Source: Bugula neritina (Eukaryota; Animalia; Bryozoa). Taken from it: DNA of 64,000 nucleotides. Below the pieces are notes generated by a model. It was given only the letters and a program-made list of their open reading frames with translations. It made no database searches and had not been told where the DNA came from. Where the stretch lies: NCBI GenBank assembly GCA_964035545.1, contig OZ037766.1:5198722-5262721 (forward strand). The letters are read 5' to 3'. A program made the translations under genes and the position numbers. Of this stretch, positions 40,501 through 55,500 are shown piece by piece (position 1 is the first letter of the stretch; every line of letters starts with the position of its first letter).

Positions 40501-43500
40501 TGAACTCACTGTACTTACTTTAACCTACATGCAGGTCTCTGGTTTATCAGGCAATATTTCACCCAACCACTTTTCTTCTTGCAACCTCCATCCATGTGCA
40601 GCTATTTCTTCATTGTGCACAAAGCAAGATATAGATGTGGGCTCAATCTAACATTATCATAACACATTAACAATGTTACTTGCACACACTTATGTATTAT
40701 ATATTGAGATGGGAGACTTATACTAATATGGTGCCAGACCATCAGTTTGCTTTTCTTGCTCAAGAACAAATTAATCTGGCCATAGGCTGTGGATATATGT
40801 TTTCATTAATTTAATTTTACTATTAAAATTTTGTAGAGGTTAATGGAGGATTTACAGAGCCATGAAAAACAATTTAATGATGTCCAGGACAGAGGTGAAG
40901 AAATTGTCAAGCAGCGGTCTATTGGTGAGTGTGGGGTATATCGTTTGTACTCATTATTAATTGCAAAAAGTTTTGTGTTTACAAAGTTATAGCCAAAAGT
41001 TGTATAATGTCATAAGTTATCAAGATTATAGGGCTTGTAATATTTGTGGATGTAAATTTTAGGAAGCTCCATGTGCCAGTCGTATTTGGCTGCTATGCAA
41101 GAAAGATGGGGATGGTTGCTACAAATTCTCTCTTGTATTGATGTTCATCTGAAAAATGCTCAAACTCACAGCCAAGTAAATGTTATCTTACTTGTGGCGT
41201 GCAATGGTTTACACTGTTGATATATTTTGTAATAAGGCCAGTCTTTGCATACAGGTCGTGTGGTGTAGTGGTTATCACGTCTGCTTAACACGCAGAAGGT
41301 CGCGGGTTCGAAACCCGCCATGACCTAATTTTTTTTTATGAATTTTATTTTAGTTTTTTTAGTTAAAAAACTAATACACCAATTATTTTTGTTTTATGCA
41401 GTCTTTAGAATGTTTCTTTTATATTCCTGTAGTTCTTGTCAGAAGCTGATGAATGCTCTAAATGGCTGAGCGAGCAGACAAAGGTGCTAAATACTAAGTT
41501 TGACAAACCCAACATTAATATTGAAGAAGGAGATCTGCTCATGAAGCAAATGCAGGAGATTCAGAATGCCTTAGGGCACTATGAACTGGTAGGAACCTAT
41601 TTTGCTTAGTCAGCATGGCTTCATGTGCAAAAAAATTTCAACTTGTGATTTTTTTGTTCCATCATCACTCAGTCTATGGCTGAACCATTTACATCTTTAT
41701 TTTCAGGTACTAAAATCGCTGACAGAGCAGCAGTCGAGCATAACCCCCTTAAAGATGAGAAATCAGGCTCAGAAACATCCTGTACCAGTAGAAGCTCTCT
41801 GTTCATACACACAGGATGAGGTGAGCTATTACTGTCTCAGAGCTTGCCATTTCACTTTATGATTAGCGGAACTAACACATGATATAGTGAGGGGAGACTG
41901 AGTATGTGAAGATATGAGAATGTTTCCAGGATGCTGTCCACTATGTGATATTGTATACAAACACTGCTGTTATCTCCATCTGTAGTTTACAATGGAGAAA
42001 GGCGAAAGCTGTATTCTACTGGATAAGACTGACCCACAGAAATGGAGAGTCCGCAATTCTCGGGCTGCTGCCGGCGTTGTTCCGTCCATCTGCTTGGCAT
42101 TTCCTCCTCCCGATGCAGAGTGTAAGCTACAAGTGCAGAAACTTGAAGAGCAATTTCAGGTTTTCCTCGAACTCCTCAAAGACAGGCAGCTGAAGCTGAA
42201 ACTGGATATGGTTACAGCCACTGCTCAAGTTGTGAAGCATTGGGATAGCGCCAAAGTTAGTACCATTACGATGTAGCCAGTCATTTCATTGCCATTGATT
42301 CATCTCACTCCATTCATAGTGGTTATTAGCAAAAATATAGCAACAGTTTCCCTACATACAGTTCACCCAAATACAGATTAAGAATTCATTTCACCTGTAA
42401 GTAAAACAAAAAATATTTTCCCAGACGGGGAATCGAACCCCGGCCACGGCGGTGAGAGCGCCGGATCCTAACCACTAGACCACCTGGGAATGGTTGATAA
42501 AGAATATACTAACTGTAGATTTATTAGCATTGGATATGAGTGTCTCGTTCAACACATTATTGCTAGCCTTCAGTAATGTAATGCAGTGCATAGTTTCTGA
42601 TCGTTTTTATACAATCATCGGTAGGATAGCTATGCAAGCAAGATTTTTGCTAAGCATGAAAGTATTATTTGAAAATAATGTATATATTGAAAATTTAAAA
42701 AAAAATTTGTCATCTAATACAATGTGGTCAATATAAATAATTATTTTTTAGTTCAAATCACTTGGGCCTGCACAGCGTGAAGCAATCATGAAAGCTGTAA
42801 ACAATGATGCACAGAGAATCCTTTCAGAGCCTTCCAATTTATCTGAAGCAAAGCTGCATAAGCTCAGGGAAAATTTGCAGAAATGCAATGATCATTACAT
42901 GAAGCTGGACAAGAAACTCAGGGATAAAGTAAGTAGGGCTCATGCATTGGGACTCGTACTTTTGTTGTTCAATGGTTAGTTACAGGAGTAGTTGAAGTTT
43001 CATAAAAAAGCATTTTAAAATCTAAAACTTGGACTTTTTAACAAAAATGTTTTGTGCTTCTTCTAGAGAATTTTATTAAATCAAATTATTTCTTGCCCTT
43101 CTGGGTAGGAATTTTGCTAGCTTTTTCTTGTTAATCATGATTTACTCTAAAATATTTTAATTTTCCTGTAATACATTTGTTTTTCGTCATATTTGAAACA
43201 TGTCTGTTCAGCATGTGTATGGTTGTATTTTGTGGTGCTATCGGTTTTTTTGTTAATAACTTGTTTTGTGTTCTCCACAACCGTAGCTGTTTTTATCTAC
43301 GGCTATGGCATGCTTTACTAATGATTATATTTAGTTTAAGCTCGCCTTCCGACATGTCGGTCGTGTGGTGTAGTGGTTATCACGTCTGCTTTACACGCAG
43401 AAGGTCGCGGGTTCGATCCCCGCCATGACCTGCGCTACTTTTTTTTCTTACTGGTCTTAGCAAAAAATTTCATTTTCATATTTATCATGATAACCTTAAA

Positions 43501-46500
43501 TATTTTAAAAATAATTTTTATTTTTGAACATATATTTTAAAAAGGAATCCAAGGAACCTAGATCAGCTGAAGAACAAGTTGAGGAAACTGTAGCCAATCT
43601 CTCGTACACCCTCAAGGCGTTGGATGATTCGATAAATGAGAGATTAACGGAACCAATAGCCCGAGATCTTGAGACTCTGCATAAACAATCACTACAATAT
43701 CAGGTTAGCTGCAATGTAAATTGCTAATTAAAGTTTAATAGTATGATATTAATTTATAAACCACTTCTTTTTGTAGTGCTGGTAACATTTTAAGTCAAAC
43801 TTTTTTCGCTTATCTATGAAATAACTAGCAATGAATGGCAATGTAATGAACTGAAATGTTAACTTCTACATACCAAGAAATCATATAATTATCCTGCTCA
43901 TCAAAATTAATAAAGCGACATTATTCTATGTGTCAGCTGACAGAGTTTATTAAAATCTGAATAACTGAGTGGTAATATAACCTATGATAACGCTGATGAT
44001 GACAATTCTATTAGAACTTGACTACATGCGAGTAAGATTTAACCTACATATAGGTCAGTCGTTTACACACATGTACGTCAATTATTAACTTACATGTAAG
44101 TTGGTAATTTGCCAACTGTTGGCTTTACAGGACATAAATCAGAGTCTGTCCCAGTCACTGGCTGACCTGGAGGGTCTGAAACAGACAACCCCATCTCTCA
44201 GCCAGTCCTACAACAGCAGTAACAATCCTCTCGTAGCCAAACACCAACATCTTAGTAACATGTCCTCTACCTATCAGCAAAGACTCCAGAGTACCCAAGT
44301 GAGTACTTGTGTCTCTGGTAGTTATTCTTGTGTTATCTTGATCTGTCACACCATGCACCAATTTATTAGCTTTTGGTAATAGCTTTTGTTGTTGGAAATT
44401 TTTGATATACTATAATTCTCTGTATATTCAATAGTTGTCTGTATAACAGCAAAAACTTGTAATACTTGGTTTTGCGTAATAATTCTGGCTTTATGGCCAT
44501 TTTGCTACAGGATCTTCTGGAGAGACTGGATTACTGTTCTCAAAAAGTGTCCGACATTGAAAGCAAGATGGCCCCCCTAGAGACTGTTACCACAGATGTG
44601 AACAAGTTGATGGAAGTAGCAGAACATATCCAGGTGAGGCTACACGAAATATAGCCCTAGTCAAAATAATTAAAGTTAGTCCAAGCTTTTTACCATAGAA
44701 AAAGGTTATTTTTAAGCATGATTTCCTTTTAAATCGGATTATCGATAATAACAAAAAAATTCGCAGTCGGCAGGATTCGAACCTGCGCGGGCAGAGCCCA
44801 ATTGATTTCTAGTCAATCGCCTTAACCACTCGGCCACGACTGCTTGTTGTAATCACATGCTTTAATTAGCTAGCAGATTCATTTGCCTAGCGTAACCTTT
44901 GAGTTCCTCATGACTACTTTTAATAATAGCTCATCTATCATCAACCTTCTGGTGATAAAAGTTCAGATTCCAAGTTCCTTCTTGGCTTCAGCTAATAAAC
45001 TCCAAACTTAGTTTATCTATAGAAACATTCATGATATAAATAATATGGCCATACAGTCAAAGGATGATAAGCAAGTTGAATAAATTTATTTTTTATTCAA
45101 ATAATGCATTTGTGGATACAAGAAATTTTAAGCTATTGTAATCTATGATGTACTTTAGCAAAATTTATAAATGCTGTATTAATAAAGGCCATCACATTGA
45201 ATGAAGACAATGTGCTGCCCATTATTGTAAGTGCAACGCAGAGACAAAATGAGTGTATTTGAATGTTGAATGGTTAACCTATGCTGTGGGTAGCAAAGTT
45301 TTCTCAATAATAGAACATCATACATACAAAAAGCAAAGTCTAGATGCTGTCATTGGAGGAAATGTTTACACACTGCTGCTTATTGTAGTTAATCAAGGCT
45401 GAGTTGGCTGAATGTAAAGAACCAATGATAAGACTCGGTGAGAATTGTCAGCTACTGAGAGCTGTCGTAGAGAGAGGCAGACCCGACTCTCACACTCATC
45501 CGGATATTGATAAACTGAACCGAGACGTGTCTGATGTTCTCAACAGATGGCAGCACCTCACAGAAGACGCCAACACCAAGTAAGTTTCACCCATACTTAC
45601 TTCCCCCAACTGTGTTTAGCATTGCACCTCTTTGTGTTATCATGCTGTGCTAGAGAGGCTAGTTGTAATCTCTGTATTTATAATGCCTAATCAATTGATA
45701 AGTAACTTAAATGCGGTACCAAGTTTTGTTTTGTTTTGTTTCATCAATTATTGGTTTACTGACTAAAATTCCATGGTTCACATGTGAATGGATTATTCAT
45801 TTCACTCATGGAAATAGTTGCATCTAAGGAAAACCACAAATTATCCAGTAGCATAATGCGCAGTCATGGAAACGCAGTGAAGAGAAAGCAGATAATATAG
45901 GGTGGCATCCTTTATTTAATGAGAGATAATATAGATTGTGACTGGAAAGGAGGTACTGATGAGGCCCATTAATGTGTTGATGTTTAGGCCCTTTCTACCA
46001 ACTGGGATATTGCTATTATTATAACTGGAATGTTACTTGATGTTTTAGACAGAAGAACGTTGAGAAGTCTCTAGAAATACTTACTCTGTATAGTAATAGA
46101 GAAGAAGGCTCAGGTGACGCTGCAGTGACCAATGGACACACTGACCCCTCACCAAGAGTATGTCCCTTGTATTTCCAACTGCTACTTCTATACTTTGGAG
46201 TTGTTCCCCTCCTCGTTGAAGTCTACATAATCAAAATGTTATGAAGTTTGTACTAATATGTTCTAGTGTTTACATTGCAGGAACAGTATGCCAGCTTGCA
46301 GGAAAGAGGTTCAACACTGAATCGTCTCACCAAGTCCGGCCAATCATCTCGCTCTATCAAGGTACGCCACTTACTTTTATTATGTTGCGCCACTTACTTT
46401 CATTATGTGAGCCAATACTCTGGATGTGAGATCTGTCCAGTGTGTGTGACTACTGAGTGTGCAGGTTTGTGATGAGTGAACGTGTAGAGATGTGATAGAG

Positions 46501-49500
46501 GAGTGTGCAGTGAGTGGGCTTTCAGGTGAAAGAGTTTACAGGTATATCTCACAAGATGTCCGCCACAGAGTGGAGAAGAGAGGACTGTTTGAGTGAGTCA
46601 CAACTGAGTGGGCACAGAGAGTATAGACAGGTGAGTCAACGCATGTTTAGATAGTTTAGAAGATTTGTTGTCAACTTTCTGTGAAATTCGAAGTAATTAT
46701 AGATTGTTTGTGATTTGATTTTCAATTAAAGAGTTGTTCACCCTTGTCTAAAAATGCCCAGCGGCCATTACAGATTGTGTGTAGCAAAGTACACAATTCT
46801 GACGTAATTTTCTACTGTTTCTTCTTAATGAGGAACACTCATACTGAGTTCTGGAAAGTTCTCTTAAATCTGCTTCAACCTTCTGCAGCAGTTTATTCTA
46901 ACTTGCTGTAATTGCTTATTATGGCTGCAGTAAATAATCTTAGATCTAAAGAATTACTTGAGAATGGTTTGGGCACGTTGACATTTCGTTCTAGATATTT
47001 TCACATAGCTAGCTGCAGTTGCTCCAAGCTGTTGCGATAACATAATATTTTTCATTGATAGTTATTGTAAACTATAGCGAGGTGTATATACACACACTAT
47101 GTTGGCCTCTCCCCAAATTCGTTTTCAAAATCATTAGTGGATTTATTGTTATGATTTGAGATCAGGTTTTATGTAACTCTACTGCCCCATATAGATTAAT
47201 CATAAAATACTTTGTTATTCTTTTTGTTTGTGATTGTGCATTGAAATGAAAAAATATTTTATGTATAAACAGTTGATGTATTGAAAACTGAGAGCAGCAT
47301 TTTTAAGCAAATTGGTGGTACTGTAAAGCTTTTGTTTAGTTTCAATGTGGTACTGTTAGTTTGCAATTTTAAAGTCATTGATATGGGTGCAAAATGCAGC
47401 TATAAACCATTGAATAATAGGTTTAGTCAGTTTGTAATATTGCTTTTACCGGAGGACCTGCTGTTAATGCTGCCGCCGCTGCTGCCGCTAGTTGCCAAAT
47501 ATATGTAAAAGATAAAAGTAGGTTGTGGTTAGTATATCTATTGTAAACTCGGTGGGTAGTATTTGTTTTTTTACTACACTGCATTTAACTAACAGCTTTT
47601 CTAACTACAATTTAGGGTTTTAAGTCTATGCTGATCGATTGAAATCATAATTTTTCTGTTGATTTCTCGTAGACCAAGCGATACTGAAATGGAGGCTGCT
47701 TCTTCGATGGAGTCGCTACCAAAGTCGTATTCTGGTGGGGCTCTGAAGCTACTTGACGGTTTAGATGAGTTGGCCTCCCTTCTCGGGACAGACATTAGCA
47801 AACCGCGACCTCGGAAACCAACTTCGGTTGCTGAGGAATCTGGTGGACAAACAATCAAAACAGAAAAGTTGTCACCGGTGCCATCTAATAGACTCGGTGA
47901 ATTATTCTCGGATGCACTGTCTTCTGGCAGACTGAGTACCATTACTGGTAGCTACCAAGATGGTAAAAACACCACTTACAAGCTCGCTGACGCTCTAAAT
48001 AAAGACATTATAAACGCTGACTCTGTGGTGTTTGTGCACCCCGACACACAGGAAGTAGATGACATACTGCAGGCTATATCCCAAGGCTATATTCAAAAGA
48101 CGGGGCACTACTTGGACCGTCACAGTGGTAAGAGACTCAAGTTGAAGGAATGCTTAGAAAGAAATATCATTGTGGCTCGAGATATCATAAGGAGAGGAAG
48201 TTCAACGACGGCAGATGTAAAGGATGTAGTTGTCCCACCTCTGAACCTGGAGGGATCACAAGTTGTCGAGGTAACTTCTTCAATTGTCTTGATTATTTAT
48301 GACTATGTTTTGTGCTGCTTTAGCTTTACATGTTTTTTGAAACTAGCAAATAAAGAACACTTTTTTGTTGTTTTGTTTTCTGATGTTATATTTGGTTAAC
48401 ATATTACTGAATTGAATTTATTTTGCCATCATCTGGATATATTTGTATACATTTGTATTTTTGTATATTTGTATTTTTCTATTGAAGGTATTGGATCCAT
48501 CATCACAAACTTGGATCCATGTATCAATGGCTATTGACAAAGGCATTTATGATGTCAACAGTGAAAAATATTTTAACCCAAAAACTGGCGAACTTCTTGC
48601 TACTAGAGAGGCTGTTGCCAGAGGCCTGGTTAAACTTGGTCTAATGGTTAGTACTTTGTGTTGCTCTAACATACATGCTGTTACTCCATAGAAGTGCTTA
48701 AATACTAAACTCGGTCCATCTTTGTTAAAATATTATATTTAATGGTAATTTGTTAGCACATTAATCATGCTTTTGTGAAGGTGATAAATATTTTCTCTCA
48801 GCTAATCTGTAGCTGCAGTGCTGTTTATATTCTGTAGATGCAAGACTCAAGTATGGACAGCACTGACACGGACAAACTGCTCGAAGGACACATCACTGGT
48901 CTTAGAGGATTAGATATCAATTATAGTGGCGTAATCTCGAGTGACGAAGAGGCTGATGCATCAGACGACTTCCTGTTTACATCTTCACCCAGAAAAGATG
49001 AACCAACTCAAGTTTTCCAAACTGTTTCTTTTTCTAGTACCCAGTCTATTGATGTGCTAACTTCGGGCTCACACGCTGAGCATGTTACAGCCGGAGAGAC
49101 GACTCCCAAAGCTGGCTCTGTAAACGAAATACACCAATTAGATTACAAAAAGACAACTCCAACTGCGGAGTTAGAATCACTCGGCTCTAACAGTAGTTTT
49201 GTGTTGACGCAATCCATTACAACTTATGAAGTGGTTTCATCAACGCAGAATGTACAAAGTTTTTCTGACCAGAGCTCTCATCTGCTGTCTATGATTGGCC
49301 AAGGTCACGGGGAAACAAAAAGTGCTGCCGTAGCTATGTCAGCGGACCAGCAGAGTGTATTAGATGACTCTGGCTCTACTTTGTTAACGGCTACTATCTC
49401 AGATGTGACCCTTAACCTTTCGCATGTTTCCTCTGCTGACACAACTCAGGAAGAGGCTACCCTTAGTTTACCCCCACCATCTGCTGAACTGCCCCCACCA

Positions 49501-52500
49501 TCTGCTGAACTGCCCCCACCATCTACTGAACTACCCCCACCATCTACTGAACTACCCCCACCATCTGCTGAACTACCCCCACCTAATGAACGACCCCCAC
49601 CAATTAACAATTTTTCTTTACCGTCTTCGGAATCACCTTTACCAACTTTTGAGTTATCTCCTCAATCTTTTAAACTATCTCTGCCTGAACACCCACCTCT
49701 TCCGAAATCGACTTTTTCTGAACAACCTGCATCTGATGACAATTTAGTAGACCTCAATGCTAACCAATCCTCTACCGCGTCATATCAGTCGAGTATACTA
49801 GACGAGACGGACAGTGTACTAATCGCTCCAGAAGTTACAGTAGACGTCACAAAGATGGAAGATTTTGTTCCCGTAAGTCGAAGTGAAGCAACAAAAACTG
49901 ACGATGTAGATTCTAGTAAACCATCTTATACTGCTACATATAGTAAGGGTATGGAAGCCACCCGGGGTACGGAAGATGGTTATAAGCAGGAAGTAGAGGT
50001 TTCTGGAATCTTAAAATTACAAGAATCATCTGCCAATACCTTGAATAGTGAAGATAGCAAACCCCGCCGCACTTCATCAACACTGAGTGATGATGTTTTT
50101 GTTAACAGTAGAACAGCCAAACCACCGGAGACTGGAAAAATAACCAATAAGCTGTCCCCAGATGTTGTATCATCCTTAAACAAACATTTGGAGACCAGAA
50201 GAAGCTCTATTAAAGCAAGTGAAGCTAGTACTCCTAAATCTACTTCTCATGTCGTTAGTTATAAATCTAACACGGAGTCAAAATCAAGTAAATCTCGTCA
50301 AGATCCGGAATCTTCTCCCAGCTTGCGGCAACTGAGTCAGCAGTTGGCGGTGGAAGCGGTGATGCAGAGAGCAGCTTTTCATGGAGGCATGAAACCGTCA
50401 GAGAGGCTGGCAAACTGGAGGGAAAAAGAGAAGAAAGCCCAATTTCAGAGTAGTGAGGGTCATCTGCTACGCCGCACTCAATCACTGCGAGTTCCAAAGA
50501 AATCTGCTACTGCTACTACTGATACCAACTTCACATCTAAACCTGGAAATATAAAACCTGCACCAACTAATTACAAGACCTCTGCAGCTACTACTGGTTC
50601 TACTGGTAGTACTGTTACTAATACTACTGCTAGTTCTATTACTAGTACTGCTCCAACATCTCATCATTCTACCTCAGCAAAACTCGAAAACCTGGGATCT
50701 TCCTATTATTCTGAAGGACCAGATGCTAACAAGGTATAGTTAGATTATCAATATAATATACTTCTTATTGTAGTAATAATGTAAGTTTAAAAGTTCCATT
50801 ATTGAGTCTTCACATTTTAAAATTTCTTGGTTTTTAGAAAGTAGAAAGCATGGCCCGAGAAAGTATTCATGAAAGCAAAGACAAACACAGTGATCAGAGG
50901 TAAAAAACTTTGAAAACATATCAATTCATATCTACAACTACTTTATTACTTTTCTTGTTGCTGTTGAGATGTTACTGTAGTCAAACAGATGCAAGTGTTA
51001 ATATTACTCCTCTAGGTAATAAAGGATCATTAGGAGCGTATTTCTTGTTGCTGTATGCAAACTATCAAACTGCTGCTATCATTAAAATGTCATAACAAAT
51101 TTTGCATTAATTGAGTGAATGAAAGAATGTAGGCCCAGAGATATTTCATTAGCCAACCTATTTACTAGACATCCTTGTAACATTCATTGAATGGGTGTTT
51201 CTTAGAGCTACAACATGCCTCATATTAATTTTTATCACTAAGACGGGTATTGCATACCCGCCCCCACTCACAGCGCTAAAGGTAAGCAGGTTAGTGTAAA
51301 TAAGGCATCGTTTAACTTTTATGTTGCATCCTAATTAATTAAGAGAATAGTGTTCACTTTTATTTCTAACACCCTCACTCGAGCCCCGTAGGCCCATCAA
51401 CATCCAAGCATAGTTCTGAATAATCAGTGGGTAGGAATAATGCGTTTCTTTTCGTTAGAGAATGGCTAAAGGATTATCGAGGCAGGAGATTATGTAAGTT
51501 CTGCGAGTTGCGATTGTAGTTGTGTTGCGTGCTGTTGAGATTGGTTAAAGTACATGTGTTGATTGGTTTACAGCAACCAACTTCTGGCCCGAGTTGATGC
51601 TGCGCTAGAGACTGCAGGTTGTGACGTTGAGCTAACTTCTACTCAGACTTCAACCACACACCTTCTGGAGAAGAAAGACAGGCAAAAGCCACCGTCACCC
51701 AAACAAGCGGAATCTATTATTGGGAAGAGATTGGAGCAGTTCCAACCTCGTGATGTGAAACCTCAGCCACTCTCGCTAGAGGTACTTTATCTGTTTAAAA
51801 CAAAGCCTTTAGATTAGATTATATTACACCGTCATTGCTATGGCTGTTATTGGTTGTATGTTTCTTATTATTCCAGCCATTTATCTAGAATTCCTTCCAA
51901 TTATTATTGCCTAGCCATTTCACTATCTGGAATTTAATAACAATAATATATAATAATAATATAATATAAGGTTGATGTCTGGACTTGCTTCTTTATTCAA
52001 ATATTTTTAAAGTTTCTATAAAGGCCATATGTTGAAAATGTACTGAAGAATTATATAATGTGCAGAATATTGAGTTAGCTAGTTTCAGAATAACTAACTT
52101 TGCATTGTGATTTCTAAGATCTGTTGAACATTTTAATGAACAGGTTTCAAATACAAGGGAGCGAACTCCTTCTCCAAACAAATTATCTAAAGCTGATAGT
52201 AAATCACCCTCTAAAGTCGCATTTGCTTATGACCCAACCTTGAGAAAGGTAAATAAATTTTGCTATGCATCTAGTTTGTAATAAAGTATATTTTCGTCTA
52301 GTCTGGTAATGCAGTGATATAGCTTTACTTTAATGTGGTTATATGATCATATAATATATAATAATACAACTGTAAGGCATATATGGCAGTACATGAACAT
52401 GTTGTAATATAGTAATACAATAATAGTGAAAAGACAATGTAGCTCATATTAGGATACATCTTTAATATAATATCTACAAAAGTAAACCAGGTTAATAGAG

Positions 52501-55500
52501 TAAGTTTGCCAATATTATGCTGTAACAACTATTATATAGTACTCAAATATCATATACACTAGTGCTTGATGTTATATGATACACTATACTATGTTATATT
52601 ATATAATATATACTATTACATACTATTATATGATATATTATACTATGTTTTATTATATAATATATACTATTACTTATTATTATATGATATATTATACTAT
52701 GTTATATTATATAATATAATATACTATTACTTGTAATTGTAGCACAAGGTAACAGTCTACAGTAATGTTAGGATCCTCTCCTACGAGGTTGGAGTGAAAC
52801 TCGGGCTAATAAACATCAAGACGGGCAGGTTTACTGACCCAGTGAGTGGCTCTAAGCTGTCCATCAGACAAGCCTGTCTCCAGGGACTTATTGATGATAA
52901 ACTAACAGCCCTCACCGACTTGAGAACTGGTAGGTCTGCTGTTATTACAAGGTTTAACTACAGAGTGTGGGAGTTATGCTCTCTTGTAATTGTCTCCCCG
53001 CTTTATCATGCTTTTCAGAATCCGGCACTGAGTTATTGTATTCATATCACTACACGACTAGACTAGCTAGCCATTAGGGATTTATTTACCATTGATTTAC
53101 TGATTACGGTTATTCTACCTTGTTCTTCATTTTACCTCACAACTTTGTTTTATGATTCAAAGTGTTTTTTCTTTATATTATTATCAAAATTTTGGCCTTA
53201 ACCGAGTTTTCTACGCCCGCTACTCGGGGGGGGGGGGGGAGATAGACCCTCTATTTGACAGATCTCTCACCGCTATGTGATGTTAGCCGAAGCACTGTTA
53301 CACATGCATTGATTTATAAACTATAGGTAAAACATGGACATTGAAAGAGTGTGTAAGTGAAAGGCTGATTGACCTTGACACGGGCAGGATATCAGAAACT
53401 AGGCTAAAGACTTTGCATATCGCAGTCTCTAACTCGTTTGTGGCAAGTCTCGCCATAATCCCACCACCTCTGACGGTTATTGATGCTGTAAAGGTATAGC
53501 ATATCTATGTGTACTTATTGTCAATGTTGGCAATATGCTTGTGGATTTTTGGCTAATTATAGACTTGAAGGGTGTTGTTATTAAATTAGCCGTCTAACTG
53601 ATATGTACTGGGATAGGTATGAAATCAAATTTTAGTTTCATCAATTTTTCGGTTAAACTTCTCAATATTCAAGAGTATTTTGTCAACTATGATGTGTTTA
53701 AAAGTGTTTTGTGTGCTTTCTAACTTAGTATATATTCTAACTTAGTGTATCTTCTAACTTCGTGTATCTTTTAACTTAGTATATATTCTAACTTAGTGTA
53801 TCTTCTAACTTAGTGTATATTCTATTCCAGTGTATATTATATAGCATCCATTTTATAGATTGGCCTATTAAACCCACATACGGGAAGATTTTCACCTTCA
53901 CAAGATCAGGAATCATGTACAATAACTGAGGCTATATCTCAGAAATATCTTAGCGGGGACACAACTCTTGTACAGGATCCTAATACTCATAAAATGCACA
54001 CATTAACTGAAGCATTGAGTATTCATCTACTCAACCCAGCAAATGGTATGTGTGATATCTATTCCGTGTTGTTATTTACTACACGATCTGTGCTGGAAGG
54101 GCTGTTTAATATAAAACAACTCATTCAATACAAATTTTGAAACTCTTTAATTTTGAATTCATTTTTTCCAAGTGTAATTAAAATATCAGCATATGGTATA
54201 GCTAGTGATTTATGTTGAATTTATTCATTTGAGACACAGTTGAAAAAGAAACTCTAGTTTTACCATTTAAGAACAATTCTACACTAGGGGCTGCAAAGAC
54301 AGCTAAAATTTTATGTTCATTGCTTTATTCACGTTTTGATAACATATTTTAAGCATTGCAATCTCAACGATAGTTCTCTGTATTTTTCTTACGAATATTC
54401 CCTCATGCTTTACATCATAGAATTTGAATAACTGGAACTTTTGGCTATATAGAACCATATTTATCAATGTTTACAAATGCTCTAACCTTTTATGATAGTA
54501 TTATATATATAGGGAAATTATATTATGTCTATTATAATATAATATAATGTTATATTATATTATATGTTATAGGTGATGTACTGGACAAGGAAACTGGACA
54601 TATGATGATGACTTTTTACGGTGCTCTGCTGTGTGGCGTATACAGAACTGTATTTGATATAATAAAGAAGGGAGTTGTGCGCCCTGACAATGGTCAGCTG
54701 GTGCCAGTAAATGAAGCTATCAAAACCTCGTTGTTGGGACATGGCAGCTGCCTTGTGTACGATACTGACAGCATGAAACAGGTAGGTCAAGTGGTAATAA
54801 TGATAGTCTGTGTAATTCTCAGGAAACTCAATGGATATCTTACGAGAAAATTTTCCTTATTTGTAACTGCTACTCGGAACTCTCTTTTAATATATTTGCT
54901 AAATTATAAGTTGGATATAATGAGCATTGTAGAATTTATAATTGAGCTGAATGTTACTTTGCAGTCAGTAATTGTTCATATACGTTGGAAAGATACAGCT
55001 AATTAGTGGTGGATGTTATACACTAATTATTATGTTACACTTTACACTTGGGAAATAATATGTGGATATGAAAGATTTATCACGACTCAAAATCTAACTA
55101 CTCAAATTTATCACATTTCTATATGTCCATTCTGCTAAATTTCATAATGTATGCTATTAGACGTATAATATAAAACGTATAATATATAATGTATAATATA
55201 AGCCGTCTATATGCTCATGTTATGAATGCATAAATTTATATGATGTCATAGGTTAGTTTTGATGAAGCTGTGGCTAGCGGCATCATAGACCCACTGTCAG
55301 CGACGTACACAGACAAACTGACTGCTGCCTCTCTCACATGTGAAGAAGCTTGCTCTAACGGGCTTATACAGCCATCTGGGTGTGAAGTCTGTGTGGGTTT
55401 TAGCCTTAATGAGTGCGTGGAAACACTTTACCCCTCACCTACTGTGTCTAGAGCATCCAACATGTCCGACGACATGAGATCCCCTGCTGCAAGTCCTCTT

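Noticed and set aside
51206-51493. Possible extra exons with GTAAG donors at ~51282 and ~51494
   Set aside because: Exon 50838-50899 already joins 51574 in phase, and I could not place these consistently in frame.
53200-53300. G14 run with GC-rich flank
   Set aside because: Single short fragment with no recognisable RNA fold or element ends.
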